A DNA stretch of 64,000 bases, from contig NC_042997.1 of assembly GCF_006345805.1 (NCBI RefSeq), positions 121,768,001 to 121,832,000 on the forward strand, read 5' to 3'. Within the stretch, counting starts at the first letter, position 1. Each line of letters starts with the position of its first letter. Both the position numbers and the translations under genes were made by a program. This document shows positions 1 to 12,482 of the stretch, one piece after another. The DNA comes from Octopus sinensis. Its lineage: Eukaryota. The notes under the pieces are model-generated. The model was not told the origin of the DNA and did no database searches. It was given only the letters and a program-made list of their open reading frames with translations.

Positions 1-1784
1 CAATAATATGTAGGATGCTTCAATACTGCGAAATATATTTTCTTACAGCTTTCCAATATAAAATTCATCTGTGCTGCGATATTTTAATGTTTTCTGTTTT
101 ACATATGAAGACAGTATTTTCTTTTATATGTAAATGATCAAAAATAGTATTTATAAGTTTTATGGCAAAAAGTTCTTTGGTGAATTCAGAGCCTTTCTTC
201 CATAATCTTAATACTAAAGTAAAAAAAAAAAAGTCATGTTAAATAATTTGTAGTACGTAGAAAAAAATATTACACATGAATATTTGTGTTTTGTGTGTAA
301 CGAAATCAATAATAAAAAAAGCCCAGAACAAATGGAAGAAAAGCAACAAAGTTCTTAACATAAGAATAAAACAATGCTAAAAGAATTTTAGCAATTCGGA
401 AGGATGTTTTATTTCTCAACACATACAATCACACCCATCCACATATGTATGCATGTATATGCAATTTGTGAGAGAGTGAAGCATCTTATACAGATGCGTA
501 GGTATTGTGTGTAACAGGTTATTTGTAATATCACTGTAGCAATGTTTCACTAGAATTTCCTGATCACATTGTCAAACTTTTATTTCCCTTATGTTACTAT
601 AATTGACTACAGAAAAAGAAATGTTTTACTCATTTCCTACATATATTTAAAATATTTTATTTTGTATATAATTTTTCCACATTTTCTATATTTCGTCTTC
701 GTAAAAACGTAATATACAATAAATGTGAACACCATTTGCATAGTCTAACTTACAAATAAACAACAAAATATGAATGCATAAGAAGCAAAATTTCTTACAA
801 AATTACAACTTCACAGCACTTCGTAGATAATTGTCTGCTCAAAGTGCAAAAATACTAAATCACATTTGCACACACAATACTATAGGTATGTAATCATTAT
901 ATCTCTTTCTCAATCACACATAAACATGGTATATATATATATATATATTGTGTGTGGTTGTTAGAAAAAGAGATAGACAGATTATAAGTGTTTAGTACTT
1001 TATGCAAATGTCATCTATTATACACACATACACACACATCGTGCTTGTTAGCTTGCTGTAGCTTTTCACAAATATCTGGCAATTAAATTCTGTAATACTA
1101 ATATTTGTACTATCATTCAGTTAGTTTTCGAAGTATTTAATATCCTGAGTGAATAATATATTTGCAGACGGTGTGTGACAATCACAATTTTATCACTATA
1201 TTACGAAAAAGAACAAATATATTTGGGTCAATAAAATGTATTTTAGTGAAGAAAGAAAGCAAAAAAAAAATTGAACTAAAAATTTGCAATACACCTTCAT
1301 ACAACTGTTTTTATTTTATTTTTGGCGTTCCTGAAGACAATCGTTGACACCAAAGTAACAATTTTATTTCAAAAACAGTTACCGCATTTGCTGGTGTATT
1401 ATAAAAGCTATTCTGTTTTTATTAAAATAAAAGAAAAAAACTTTAAAATGGTTCTGCGTGTTTTACGCTAAAATTATTTTTTATATAAAATTATTTCCCC
1501 CACAAAACGAAAATTTCTTAAATACTTTTACTAGTAAATTGATGTATTGTAATATAAAGAAAGTTACGTTGTTATGTATATTGAACATTTTATATATATA
1601 TATATATAGGCGCAGCTGTGGCTGTGTGGTAAGTAGCTTGCTTACCAACTATATGGTTCCGGGTTCAGTCCCACTACGTGGCACCTTGTGCATTTGTGAG
1701 TGGATTTGGTTGACGGAACCTGAATGAAGCCCGTCGTATATATATATATATATATATATACACGACGGTCAACCAAATCCACTC

Positions 1785-1993
1785 ACAAATACATCAAAAT
1801 GTCCCGGACCCTTCTGACTATACACATGCATATATTCTTTTATTTATTTCAGTCATTTTGACTGAGGCCACGCTGGAGCACTGCCCTTTGTAAACTTAGT
1901 GCTTATTCTATCGGACACTTTTGCCGAACAGCTAGGTTACTGGGACGCAAGCGCACCAGCATCGGTTACCAAGCAATTTTGTGGAGGGCACAT

Positions 1994-2034
<41 letters not shown>

Positions 2035-2116
2035 GCTTGCTTACCAACTATATGGTTCCGGGTTCAATCCCACTGCGTGGCTCGTTGCGCATGTGTCTTC
2101 ATTAATGAAGCCCGTC

Positions 2117-2156
<40 letters not shown>

Positions 2157-2513
2157 GACAGGCTTCATTCAGTTTCCGTCAACCAAATCCACTCACAAAG
2201 ATTTGGTCGGCCCGAAAATATAGTAGAAGACACATGCGCAAGGAGCCACGCAGTGGGACTGAACCGGGAACCATATAGCTGGGAAGCAAGCTATATATAT
2301 GTGTGTGTGTCCTCCACAACATTGCTTGGTAACCGATGCTGGTGCGCTTGCGTCCCAGTAACCTAGCTGTTCGGCAAAAGTGACCGATAGAATAAGTACT
2401 AGGCTTACAAAGGGCAGTGCTCCAGCGTGGCTTCAGTCAGAATGACTGAAACAAATAAAAGAATGTGTGTATGTGGATAGTCAGAAGGGTCCGGGACATT
2501 TTGATGTATTTGT
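1785..2513. repeat. ~730-bp fold-back centred on (TA)n
   Basis: acaaatacatcaaaatgtcccggacccttctgactat pairs with atagtcagaagggtccgggacattttgatgtatttgt; inner SINE arms are also complementary. Confidence 0.9.
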
Positions 2514-3473
2514 TCCATTTGAAGAAGAACAAAGTACTGGCTTTGTTCCAGAGTAAGCCTGGTCTTTGTACTTGGATAGAAGGCCCACCCCTAAGTGTTG
2601 AGCACTAAATAAGGGATTACTCTGAGAAGGGTAGCGATTTCACTTTATGTGAGCGATTCTTAAACATTTCTTATATCAATGCCAACACAAAATTAAGATC
2701 AGAACCCTTTTGTTCCACATCATTATATTAATTCATAAGGTAAAAATGTATTTTGTTATCCAATATAAGTATTCAGTATATACTGAAAGTTATTAGTTAA
2801 AACCTGATATGACATATGGAAAATATTGATAGACCTGCAGTTATGCATTTCGAGCAGCCACCAATTCAATGCGAAATACTACAATATTGAACACAAATTA
2901 ACAAAACCATAAAGGCTGTACTTCCCCAATTTCGAATCGTTTCATTTTAAATGACCAGCCGATTTTTATACCTAACTGAGTTTCACATAACCAGACTCAA
3001 TGGATTAGAGACTATAATAGCAGAAAAACAATTTAATTACTAGCAGTAAGGCAAGCAAATATTTTCAAAGAACATGTTAACATTATACCGAATTCATGTA
3101 TCCTATACTTTGAAATCTTCAATGATACAATTAGAATATACACTCTCTATCTGAAATACTTTCATGGTAGACAAAGTAGAATACAGAGCGAAAATCTATC
3201 TAAAACTTTATTTTGTGCTGCCTCAGTGGCAGACTCTCTTCTTGAGCGCGAAGGAATTCACACACTTCTATATTCTTCCCACAAGAATATAGAGGAATTC
3301 ACATGCCCTTACAATCTTCCTGTGTGGTTGTCTTCGTGAAAAATTGACAAAATAACAATGTCAGCTCAATATTGTACGCAATATTGAGCAGACATTTCTG
3401 CTTCACAGCTAATCAAATATTAAATTCGAGTTACGGTATGACAATAATCAATGTTAGATTTATTTGTACTTAC

Positions 3474-3718
3474 CTGATGGGAGAACCTTTAGGTGTTGCT
3501 ATACCGAAACCTTTTGAGTCAAGTGTTCCACCGACCATCATGGTATCGCACGGTTTGCGATTATTAATGTAAATATTACTTGATGACTCTAGAAGAAAGG
3601 CATACTTTCCCTTGGAGTTCCGCACCTTGTGCACTCCGTCCTTTACTAATTTGACAAACACACTAGGGTTTGATGACATGAAGGCCCACATCCTCTGATA
3701 TGTGGGGTTGTTTGAATC
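3474..3718 (-). CDS. GRIA: AMPA-type iGluR exon (S2, ends at the R/G-equivalent codon)
   Basis: ttcgcag|GAT...ATC AG|gtaagt; 245 nt, phase 0/2; [81 protein letters not shown](R). Confidence 0.97.
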
Positions 3719-6700
3719 CTGCGAAATAACAACAAAACAGGTAAATAAAATCAATGTTACACTTATTGGGGGATATGTCATCAAATTAAAATAATGTAGA
3801 AATAAACAAAATACTGGCTTGATAACAATAGATATTATAAATCATTTAATATTCAAACATGGATTTATATGGTGATAAAGTTATAAAAACTAGGTATTTT
3901 TCAGTAACAATTTGTTTTAAACGGCGTAGAACCCTTGATTTTAGTGTAGCATTTCTGAAACTAAACATCAATAATATAGTAAAATATATAATCTGGCTGT
4001 CAGTGCCGTGTGATGTTTTACTTCAAAAGTATTGTAATTGTTTTTTGAAATAGACTGGTGCATATTTCTTCCGATGATCAAGGGGAGAAGAAGGGGGAAT
4101 GAAAATATACTTCAGGACGACGAGGATTTCAAAAAAATAGTTTTCCAATTTCAGTGTTATTGAGAACATAAAGTAAATCAATTATACAAATATTATATCG
4201 GACTGACAGCCAAACTATATTGATTTTAAAAGAAAAATAATATAAAAACCACATCATTGTTTTTCTCTTTTGTCTATCTTTTCTCCCTTCAGTTGTGTCA
4301 TACAGCAGTTTACCAAACTAAATGTTTTGCAAATTTTATTATGAACTTCGAGTAGATGAAGAGAAGATATATTTTACAATCTGTATTAGAAGGAAATAAA
4401 GAAATTATGCAGTCATAAGATCTGGAAATAAAGATAACCATTTTGTATAGATTCGTTTAATACTTCTTTGCTATGCATATAAACCGTGCAACTGTATTTG
4501 TCTCGTTTTTGACTCATATACAAATCTCTTTCATTTTTTATTTTGCGATTCTCTTCGCATTTATATGTATATACTGATTAGCATAATGAATGCAAATCTT
4601 TCTCTTTCCTTCTTTTAATACCACCTGTAGCAACAGTATTGTTTAACCTTGGGCTTATCACATACTAGGTCATATGATAAGCCTGCACAATTTAGTTTCA
4701 AGAATTCCTTTTTTTGTCACTTTTCTGACTTCTGTTATCTTTCTCGTTTTTCTTCATCCTACCATTTTTCGAACAATCGCTATCCTCGTGCAAATCGGAT
4801 CCTTAGCTCCTTATTCTGTTCAATTTTCATATTATGGCGTTGTCGGTGTTGATTTGAATATTACGATTATTAAATGCTGAGACAGAAATTCTTCTCAACA
4901 CCAAAACACATATCATAACTCTACGAAGAGGAAGGTGACTAACGCTTTTAAGAAAATCATCCTCATTCAAACAAAACGACGCTTAATTAAATTCTCCTAA
5001 TAAATACAGAAACAAGTAGGGAAATATCATCCGTTATAAAGGAAATATATGGAATATTTAATCCTGCTTCTAATTCCTTCATTTAACGGCAAAAATATAA
5101 TCAACAAATTTAAGAGGAGCGGCTTTACGGAAATGATAACATTAATTATAATTCGACTTGCACTAATACTGAAAACTATGGCAATGCTATTGCTGAGAAT
5201 AATGGAAATGAAAATTGCAATGTTAATGCTAGTCATAATAATAGAAATTCTTTAAAGACGAAAGGATTTCTAAATACATTCTGTTAAGGAAATCTATTTC
5301 TCTTGCAAAATGGTTTTGTGTATGGAATAATGTATAATACTCTTTCCATTTTTTTGGTGTATCTATTACAAAGCTAATAAAGCAAATAATATCAAAATAC
5401 CTTAATACAGCATTTGGAAATGCTTTCAACACAAAGCTGGCACTTTTGCTTAGCAGAAGGATGCAAATGGTTTTTAAGAAAAAATCGAAACACCATTTAT
5501 ATTGAATAGATTTCAAATCTGTGAATTAGCAAGCACAGTCTTCAGAATGTAGAATGTAAAACCAGTAATGTTTTAATTAAACTGCTTATATCCATGTAAG
5601 CTAGAGTTAGGCTTGCTAACAACAAGACAAACTGGCAGAGAAATGATTATTTGGTATTCGATAATCGAACCTCTTAAAATTTTAATAACGAATACAATGG
5701 CGTATCACAAGATAAATTGCCACAGATATAATAATTTGGCGACAGTTATACTTTATTAAGCATATTTATTTACAATAGCTGGAAATTGTGCTTGTGAGTA
5801 ACACCAAAAAATGCATTCACGAATCTCTGTTATAGAGCTGATTGAATACATGATGTGTATATAAAAGTACAAACATAGCAAAACGCAAAGCCATGTTATA
5901 CACAGGCTTGCAAGAGGGAGACTTCGATGCCTTTTATTTTCAGTTTAAACCGTTTCTGGTGGCTTACCTTCTTGAGAGAAAGGACAGAGTATAGAGGTAG
6001 TTGGGTTGTGTGATGCCGGGTTGGTGCACTCACGCAAAGCAAAAGCAGGTGGATAGACAAGTAGTTTGGCCCTCATGACTAGTGGAAGCAAAGGACCAGC
6101 CAGCTCTAAGAAACCGAAGATGTTATATTGGCGTTTGAAAAGACACAGGGCTTGTGAACCAATAAGTCGAGCCGTGTTTGTTAGTGATTGAGTGCCAATA
6201 AATCCCTTTTCCTGGATGCCGTTAAGAGTTTCGTTCTGATCGAATAATAGCAATATTCCATGAGTAGTAATGTCAATTGTGGCCCTAAATCGAACCTTGT
6301 CGATTATTGATAGCTGTTTTGGGTTGAAATATTTTGTGATTTTGAGAAAAGGACTAGTCATTAGAATGTAGTTTTAGGTATTGTAGGGACTCAAGAAAGA
6401 TTTACAGTGAGATCAAGCGTTTGGAAAATTGTAACGGCTCTGTCTGAGTGACTCTCATTATTTGGGGTTGTGATGCAGTAATGTTTTTTTACGTATATTA
6501 TCTTTGAGTTAATTTGTTATTAAAGAGATGAATTTTCATGAAACTACTGAAGGATACAACCAAGATCTCTGTTAACGGAATCGTTGAGGCTTAATGTGGT
6601 AGTATCTTGGTTTCATGTGGAATATTCATGTTTGGGAAATAGGTTGGAAAGATTAAAGGTTCTAGTTCTTTATATAAGAGCAAATTTTATTGGTTCTGGT

Positions 6701-7552
6701 GGCAGACAGGTCGTTGAAAAGTATTGCACTCACACTTTTGATTCAGATTGCGACTGAAAGCGAAGAAAGTAGCAATCCGAAATATGAGGTAAGAATGGAG
6801 AGCGTAGGGGGAAATTATTTTAAATAGATTTGCATGCCAATTATTCCGAAAGGTTCTGTTGAAGACTTGGGCAACAAAACTGATTTCAACAATTATTTTA
6901 AACGAAAGACATGGTGAGTGATGAAAGAAAATCTGGTTCGGTGTATGCGTTGCTTCTGATGAGTGAAGAAGCTATGACAGCCTTCATTAATTTAGATGTG
7001 TTGGAAATGAGAACAATGCTTATATAAATATATGTAAGTATGCATATATGTTCATTCGCAGGACCTGAGCAAATGCTAATTGCGATATATTCAGATATTT
7101 GTTGTACGTCCTACATTTTTACCGTCCACCACATACGAGCGCGCATGTCTTCCGAACATTTGAGTTTTAATAATATATTGATGCTGTTTATTTGATACAA
7201 ATTATGAAATACCTTACGGTAATTTTTTCTTAACGGGTTTTCGCGTATGACACCAAACGAAAGAACTCCGCGCGTGCGCGCGCGCGTGTGTGTGTGTGTG
7301 TGTGTGTGTTTAAAGTATGCGGTGCAGATGAAATTTAAGAGAAATGTAATTTAATAGAAGTGTAAGAATCCAATTTTCCATAATATAAAATACTGAATTA
7401 AAAATCCAACTAATATTGCTTACATATAATTCATCACACTGTCGCAAGCAGTTCAATATTTTAATCCTGTAAAACGGAACAGAAGACGGAAATAGAATTA
7501 AAACTTCCCAACCTGCAACGAACAACCAAAATTAATTTAGAATTTTGTTTAC

Positions 7553-7751
7553 CTTGAAAAATTGTTTAGATGTTCCGGAGCCAATCGTTCCATAGGCAAT
7601 TTCGGTTTGTTTAGCTAAGTCCTCAACTGATTCGATAGGCGTGAGCATTCGTTCAATCGTGAGGAAAGCGGCAAGGTTGGCCGTGTAAGACGAAATAATG
7701 ATTAGGACGAAAAACCACCACACACCTCCAATGATGCGGCCTGACAGCGAT
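7553..7751 (-). CDS. GRIA: AMPA-type iGluR exon (M3 gate SYTANLAAF, start of S2)
   Basis: caacag|A TCG...AAG|gtaaac; 199 nt, phase 2/0; [66 protein letters not shown]. Confidence 0.98.
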
Positions 7752-8099
7752 CTGTTGAATAGAAAAACTTGTTTCAATTAACTGTGTTAATTTTTCAGCA
7801 ACTACTAGCCATAGTATGCAACATATAATAGAGACGTTAAAATTTGAGCGATGCTTGCTGTTGAAACTGTTTAGAGCGAGGAAAGACTGACACAACACCA
7901 CTTTCGGGTCAGCAATGCGCTTGCCAAAAAGAAATAGTATACACGATCGGGTGCAACTTAAGACGCTGCTGTTACATCTGAGTTTACCTTCTAGACTTAT
8001 CTTAAACAATGTCTACATGTCACTTGCGCCCAGCTGTTAACTATACGGTGTTCATCAGTCCTTTAACAAGTTTTGCCTTTTGTTCTGCAGAGTGTCTAA

Positions 8100-9020
8100 C
8101 AAAAACCCATCCTCTCTACTAAGCACATTTTACCTACAAAATACCTATAATCAAAAACTACAAAAAGTTAGGATTTAGTAACATTCTTTAGTAATATGGG
8201 ACTAAGTACTTCCTTTGATGTTGATAGAACTATGCTTAACTTACTCGATCTTACTCTAATCTTAAATACGGCCCGGTATTTTCCATAACCTTCTACTAAC
8301 CTGAAATACATCCGTGTCTTTAGTAATCACCATAAAAATATAACAAAAATATCCGCCAATGAATACAATAGTAACGCTGACTTTTATAAGTCAGCTTTAT
8401 TTAAACCAGGGTATAAGGAACAGATTAAATATTATAACCACCTTGCCCCAACTACACGAATATTAATAACAGTATTAATAAAAATAATAACAGTAATGGA
8501 CACAATAACAACAACAGCACTTAGCTTGATCCTACCATTATCAATATACCAAATAATACCCAATTCCATCTAAATAACCATTCCTCTTACTCTCGTAATC
8601 CTAAATATAAACAGTCAAAGAGGTGTAACCATGCTTCCTTTTTAACCTACATTAATAGCACTAGGATTTTTAAAATTAAATCTTGCAAACAATCACACAA
8701 CCCTAATTAAAATATTTTGATTGAGTATTCCATACGGTAAACAGGTAAAAAGTAACTTTCCCCTATTATTTCGTCAAGCTATAACAAGAAAATTCCTTAT
8801 TAATTCAAGGTACCACTCGATTTTCAACACACACCGTATCAGAGTAGGTTTCTCAAACACAAACAACGACTTACAAGGTATATCTTCACATAACAGCCAT
8901 ATCCTAAGAGATTACAATTTCTCTCCTAATAATAATATCAATGATAATCTCTCCTTAAATGACAACATCAATGCAACAAGCATTTGCAATTGTAGCCGTA
9001 AATGGAAACTGCATAATTAA
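8100..9020 (+). mobile_element. Decayed Penelope-like element (RT thumb/linker region)
   Basis: From ~8217: NLLDLTLILNTARYFP*PSTNLKYIRVFSNHHKNITK...FYKSALFKPGYKEQIKY; ORF 8721-9020 has IPYGKQVKSN...YHSIFNTHRIRVGFS...ISSHNSHIL...CNC. These parallel PLE motifs (FLD-x-TL...SNHP; PPYS-x2-VKTN...IFN...SSHN...CNC). Boundaries approximate. Confidence 0.75.
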
Positions 9021-10510
9021 AGGAGATGAAGATCCTCATGAGATGACGAATGAAGGTTGAAAATCTTTTCAATCAACATCCCAAATGTAGTAAAAGGTCC
9101 CACCTGAAAACAACACTGGTGGAAACGAAAACAGCCTGCATCAATCCTATATGAGGGAGAGAGCAAACAAAGAAGCCTGAGTTATAAAAAATATCAAGTC
9201 AAACCCAAAGGCCTTCTTTCATTATGCTAAAGAAACAGACTCAGAACGCTACAAAATAGGACCCGTCTTTCAGAAGGATGGCTCTCTCACAGAAAACCAA
9301 CCAACAATAGCGAGGTACTGAATGACCAGTTCATAAGTGTCTTTACCACCCCATTGGAAGACAGACAAGTGAACGAACCAGTGGAGTTCTTTACCAGTGA
9401 GGTAGTTACGATGAATTACATCGAGATTAGTGAAGAAGATATACTACCAGCCATGGATGAGGTAGACGCAAACTCAACTGCTGGTTTCCCAGCAATCCTC
9501 CTCAAATCGTCTAAGCGTGCCCTGGCGAAACCACAACAGATTCTCTTCCAGAACCCTCTTTTAAATAGCAGGCTGCCAATAAAACTGAAGGAAGGAATAA
9601 TATACCCAATCTATAAAGGAGGAAGCACAGCAGATGACAAAAATTATAGGCCTATCTCTCTGACTTCATACGTCAACAAATTCATGGAACGAATAGTCAT
9701 AGGGAAACTAATCGCATTCTTTGAAGAAAACGACTATCTGAACGATACTCAGCATGGTTTCCGACCAGGTCTGAACAGCCTGACCCAATTCTTAGAGCAC
9801 TATAAAATGGATCATGATATGATATGTCACGGAGCACTGTCTTGGGGCAACTGCTTTTTATAGTGGTCTTCTCAAATATGCCCTCAGGTGGCCGGATAGC
9901 CACACTTACTAGCTAAGCAGAGGATACGAAAGTCTCACAGAAAATACAAATCCCAAGCAATGTTGCACGCCTGCAGCAGGAGTTGGACTCAAGTAATAGA
10001 TGGGCTGAGGACAATAGTATGCAGTTTAATGCTGAAAAATACCAGATACTGCGCTACCAGATTCAGAAAATAAATATAGAATTTACAGGATACACTGGCA
10101 CATCGGAGATTACAATCCCGGAGCCCAAAATCAGTGCGGCGCCTGAATATCGACATGAGTAATGATACCTCTTTCCAAGTGCACATTACTAAGATGGTAA
10201 CAAAGTGCAAACAGATGGATGGATGGATACTGAGAACCTTCAGAACCAGAGGTAAGGAAACCATCATAGTACTCTGGACGACATTCGTCCTCAGCCGCCT
10301 CGACTACTGCTTCCAGCTATAGACACACCACAGGGCAACATTAACAGCGCACCTTGAAGTTATCCAGCGAAGCGTCACAAAGTAGATCGTCTTATTGCAA
10401 CAGCTCAGCTACTGGGATAGGCTGAAAAAGCTAAAAGCTATACTCCCTGCAGCTAAGGCGGGAGAGATAAGGTGTGATATATATCTGAAAGATTCTGGGA
10501 AAGATTCGTC
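9021..10510 (+). mobile_element. Decayed CR1/L2-group non-LTR retrotransposon ORF2 (reverse transcriptase)
   Basis: PIYKGGS...KNYRPISLTS...MERIV...QHGFRPG; later GWILRTF, VLSRLDYC, SYWDRLKKL; stops and frameshifts throughout. Confidence 0.9.
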
Positions 10511-12266
10511 CGATAGGTGCCGATGGAATATTCTTAATACTGACGTTGTTTTCGGCGATGTCGTTGCTTACACAGTTTAGACCGCTTCATTTTTCAGCCT
10601 ATATGCGTGCGAGGAAGTTAGAATGCGTTTTTAAAGTATAATTTAAATATATATTTTAAGTTCCATCATATAGCGATATAGTAGCAAGAACAGAGGGAAA
10701 TCTCCATATCTATCTGTTTAGGAATCTAAATCCTTTGTTAATCCATTATATTTACTGAGTTAAAAAACTTCACGTCTGTATTTACTTATAGTGAGAAAAA
10801 CTACGATTTTGGAGTGCTTAATATTCTTCCTAGTGTTGTGTGATAATAAACATATGATTTCTAGTAGAATCATTCACAATGTTTTAGTATAATCATATTT
10901 AAATCGTTTGTCTCTATTATAAACTATTAAATATCACAATTTCATATAAAGAGTAGGGAAAAATAATTCTTCTTTTAGTTCCAATTGTTTACTATAGAAT
11001 AACAATATGATAATGTATTTCCTGACACAGTTAAAAGAAATTCTTCTGTACAAATCTTAAATACCACCCTGATCGATGCTAAGTATGATCTAAATAAATT
11101 ATTTTCTGCATACACGCCCCCGGGAAGATTCTGGTGAGTAGAATTTAATGTAGATTAGATGCCGCCTTCTTACGAAGAAGCAGGCTTTTTGAATTCTGAG
11201 TGAATAATTGCACAAGGAATTGTGCGTAAGTGGTGATAGGAGATGATTGATTGAATAAAGAGACTAGTTTCCTGTCACGAGCATAAGCGGATGTATCGCT
11301 GGAAGAGGCTGAATGCTTACAGAAGTTCAGTAAGTCAGTTGCATAGGCTTTCGCTTTCAAAGATAACTGAAGATATATGAGATTTGAATACTGTCCAATT
11401 TGCTTCATTGTATATAGACTCCACTCCACCAACTGCTTAAGAAAATAAAATACAACTACTATATATTAATATGTAAACCCTCGAAGCAACAAGTTTTATC
11501 AAGTGAAATGCGGTCTTTGTTATCTCAAAGCTGAAAAGAATATTCATTATAACCATACATATTTGAAAATTGCTAAACTGAAAATACACATCGTATATCA
11601 TATATATTTTTCTAGTAACATATCCATCTTCACAGTGTCATACAGAAAAATGATATATTTGAAAGATGGGTTTTCTAACCTTATTTGTTATTCATTAAAA
11701 CATACTTATTATAAGTTAGAAGTGTCTGAACATAACGTAAAACTCAAAAGCCAATATATATTTTCGGAGTGCGCATCTAATACTAAACTGCGCCATCTCA
11801 AATCTGTATAAAACAGTAAACTTATGAATTCAAATGCGAGAGAATTGAGAAATTCATAATGACCATAATCATGTTTACATGCAAGTTGGGGGAGAAATGT
11901 CAGGACCCATAACTCTCCTCAGTGTTCCATGATTAATGGAAGAGAGGAAATGGGTCCTGGAACTGAGCATCATCTTGCAACAGAATGGACTCTGCCAAAA
12001 GTATGTGATGGTAGGGCAAGTTGGAACTATTACTCAAGATAAGTTAAAGGCGGCGAGCTGAGTTCAAATTCCGCCGAGGTCGACTTTACCTTTCATCCTT
12101 TCGGGGTCGATAAATTAAGTACCAGTTGAGTAATGGTGTCGATCTAATCAACTTCCCCCTCCATCCAAATTTTGGCCCTTGTGCCTAGAGTAGAAAAGAT
12201 TAATCAAGATACGTATAGATTGTGCTGTGTTTGCATAACCTATGCTAGTTGAATATGATGGTTCTT

Positions 12267-12482
12267 AAGGGCAGCGAGCTGGCAAAATCATTAGCACGCC
12301 GAGCGAAATTAGCGGTATTTCGTTCTGAGTTCAAATTCCGCCGAGGTCGACTTTGCCTTTCATACTTTCGAGGTCGATAAATTAAGTACCAGTTACGCAC
12401 TGGGGTCGATATAATCGACTTAATCCGTTTGTCTGTCCTTGTTTGTCCGCTTTATGTTTAGCCTCCCTGTGGGCAATAAATA
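12267..12482 (+). mobile_element. SINE family B copy with 14-bp TSD
   Basis: Same core; TSD aatatgatggttct at 12252-12265 and 12483-12496. Further copies at ~12048-12200(+), 15080-15285(-), 22870-23005(-), 33140-33420(-), 35773-36100(+), 42580-42980(-), 52900-53070(+), 62742-62970(+). Confidence 0.88.

Noticed and set aside
2834-2880. Possible flip/flop-equivalent exon (LNWWLLEMHNC on the minus strand)
   Set aside because: Wrong phase for the AG| split codon, in-frame stop just upstream, and no LAVLKL-x-E-x-G motif; the true next exon lies beyond the window start.
5945-6361. 138-aa minus-strand ORF and a hammerhead-like CTCAAGA...GAAAC near 5950-5975
   Set aside because: No recognisable protein family; the core G5 is missing and stems are poor. 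Probably part of a decayed retroelement that I cannot classify.
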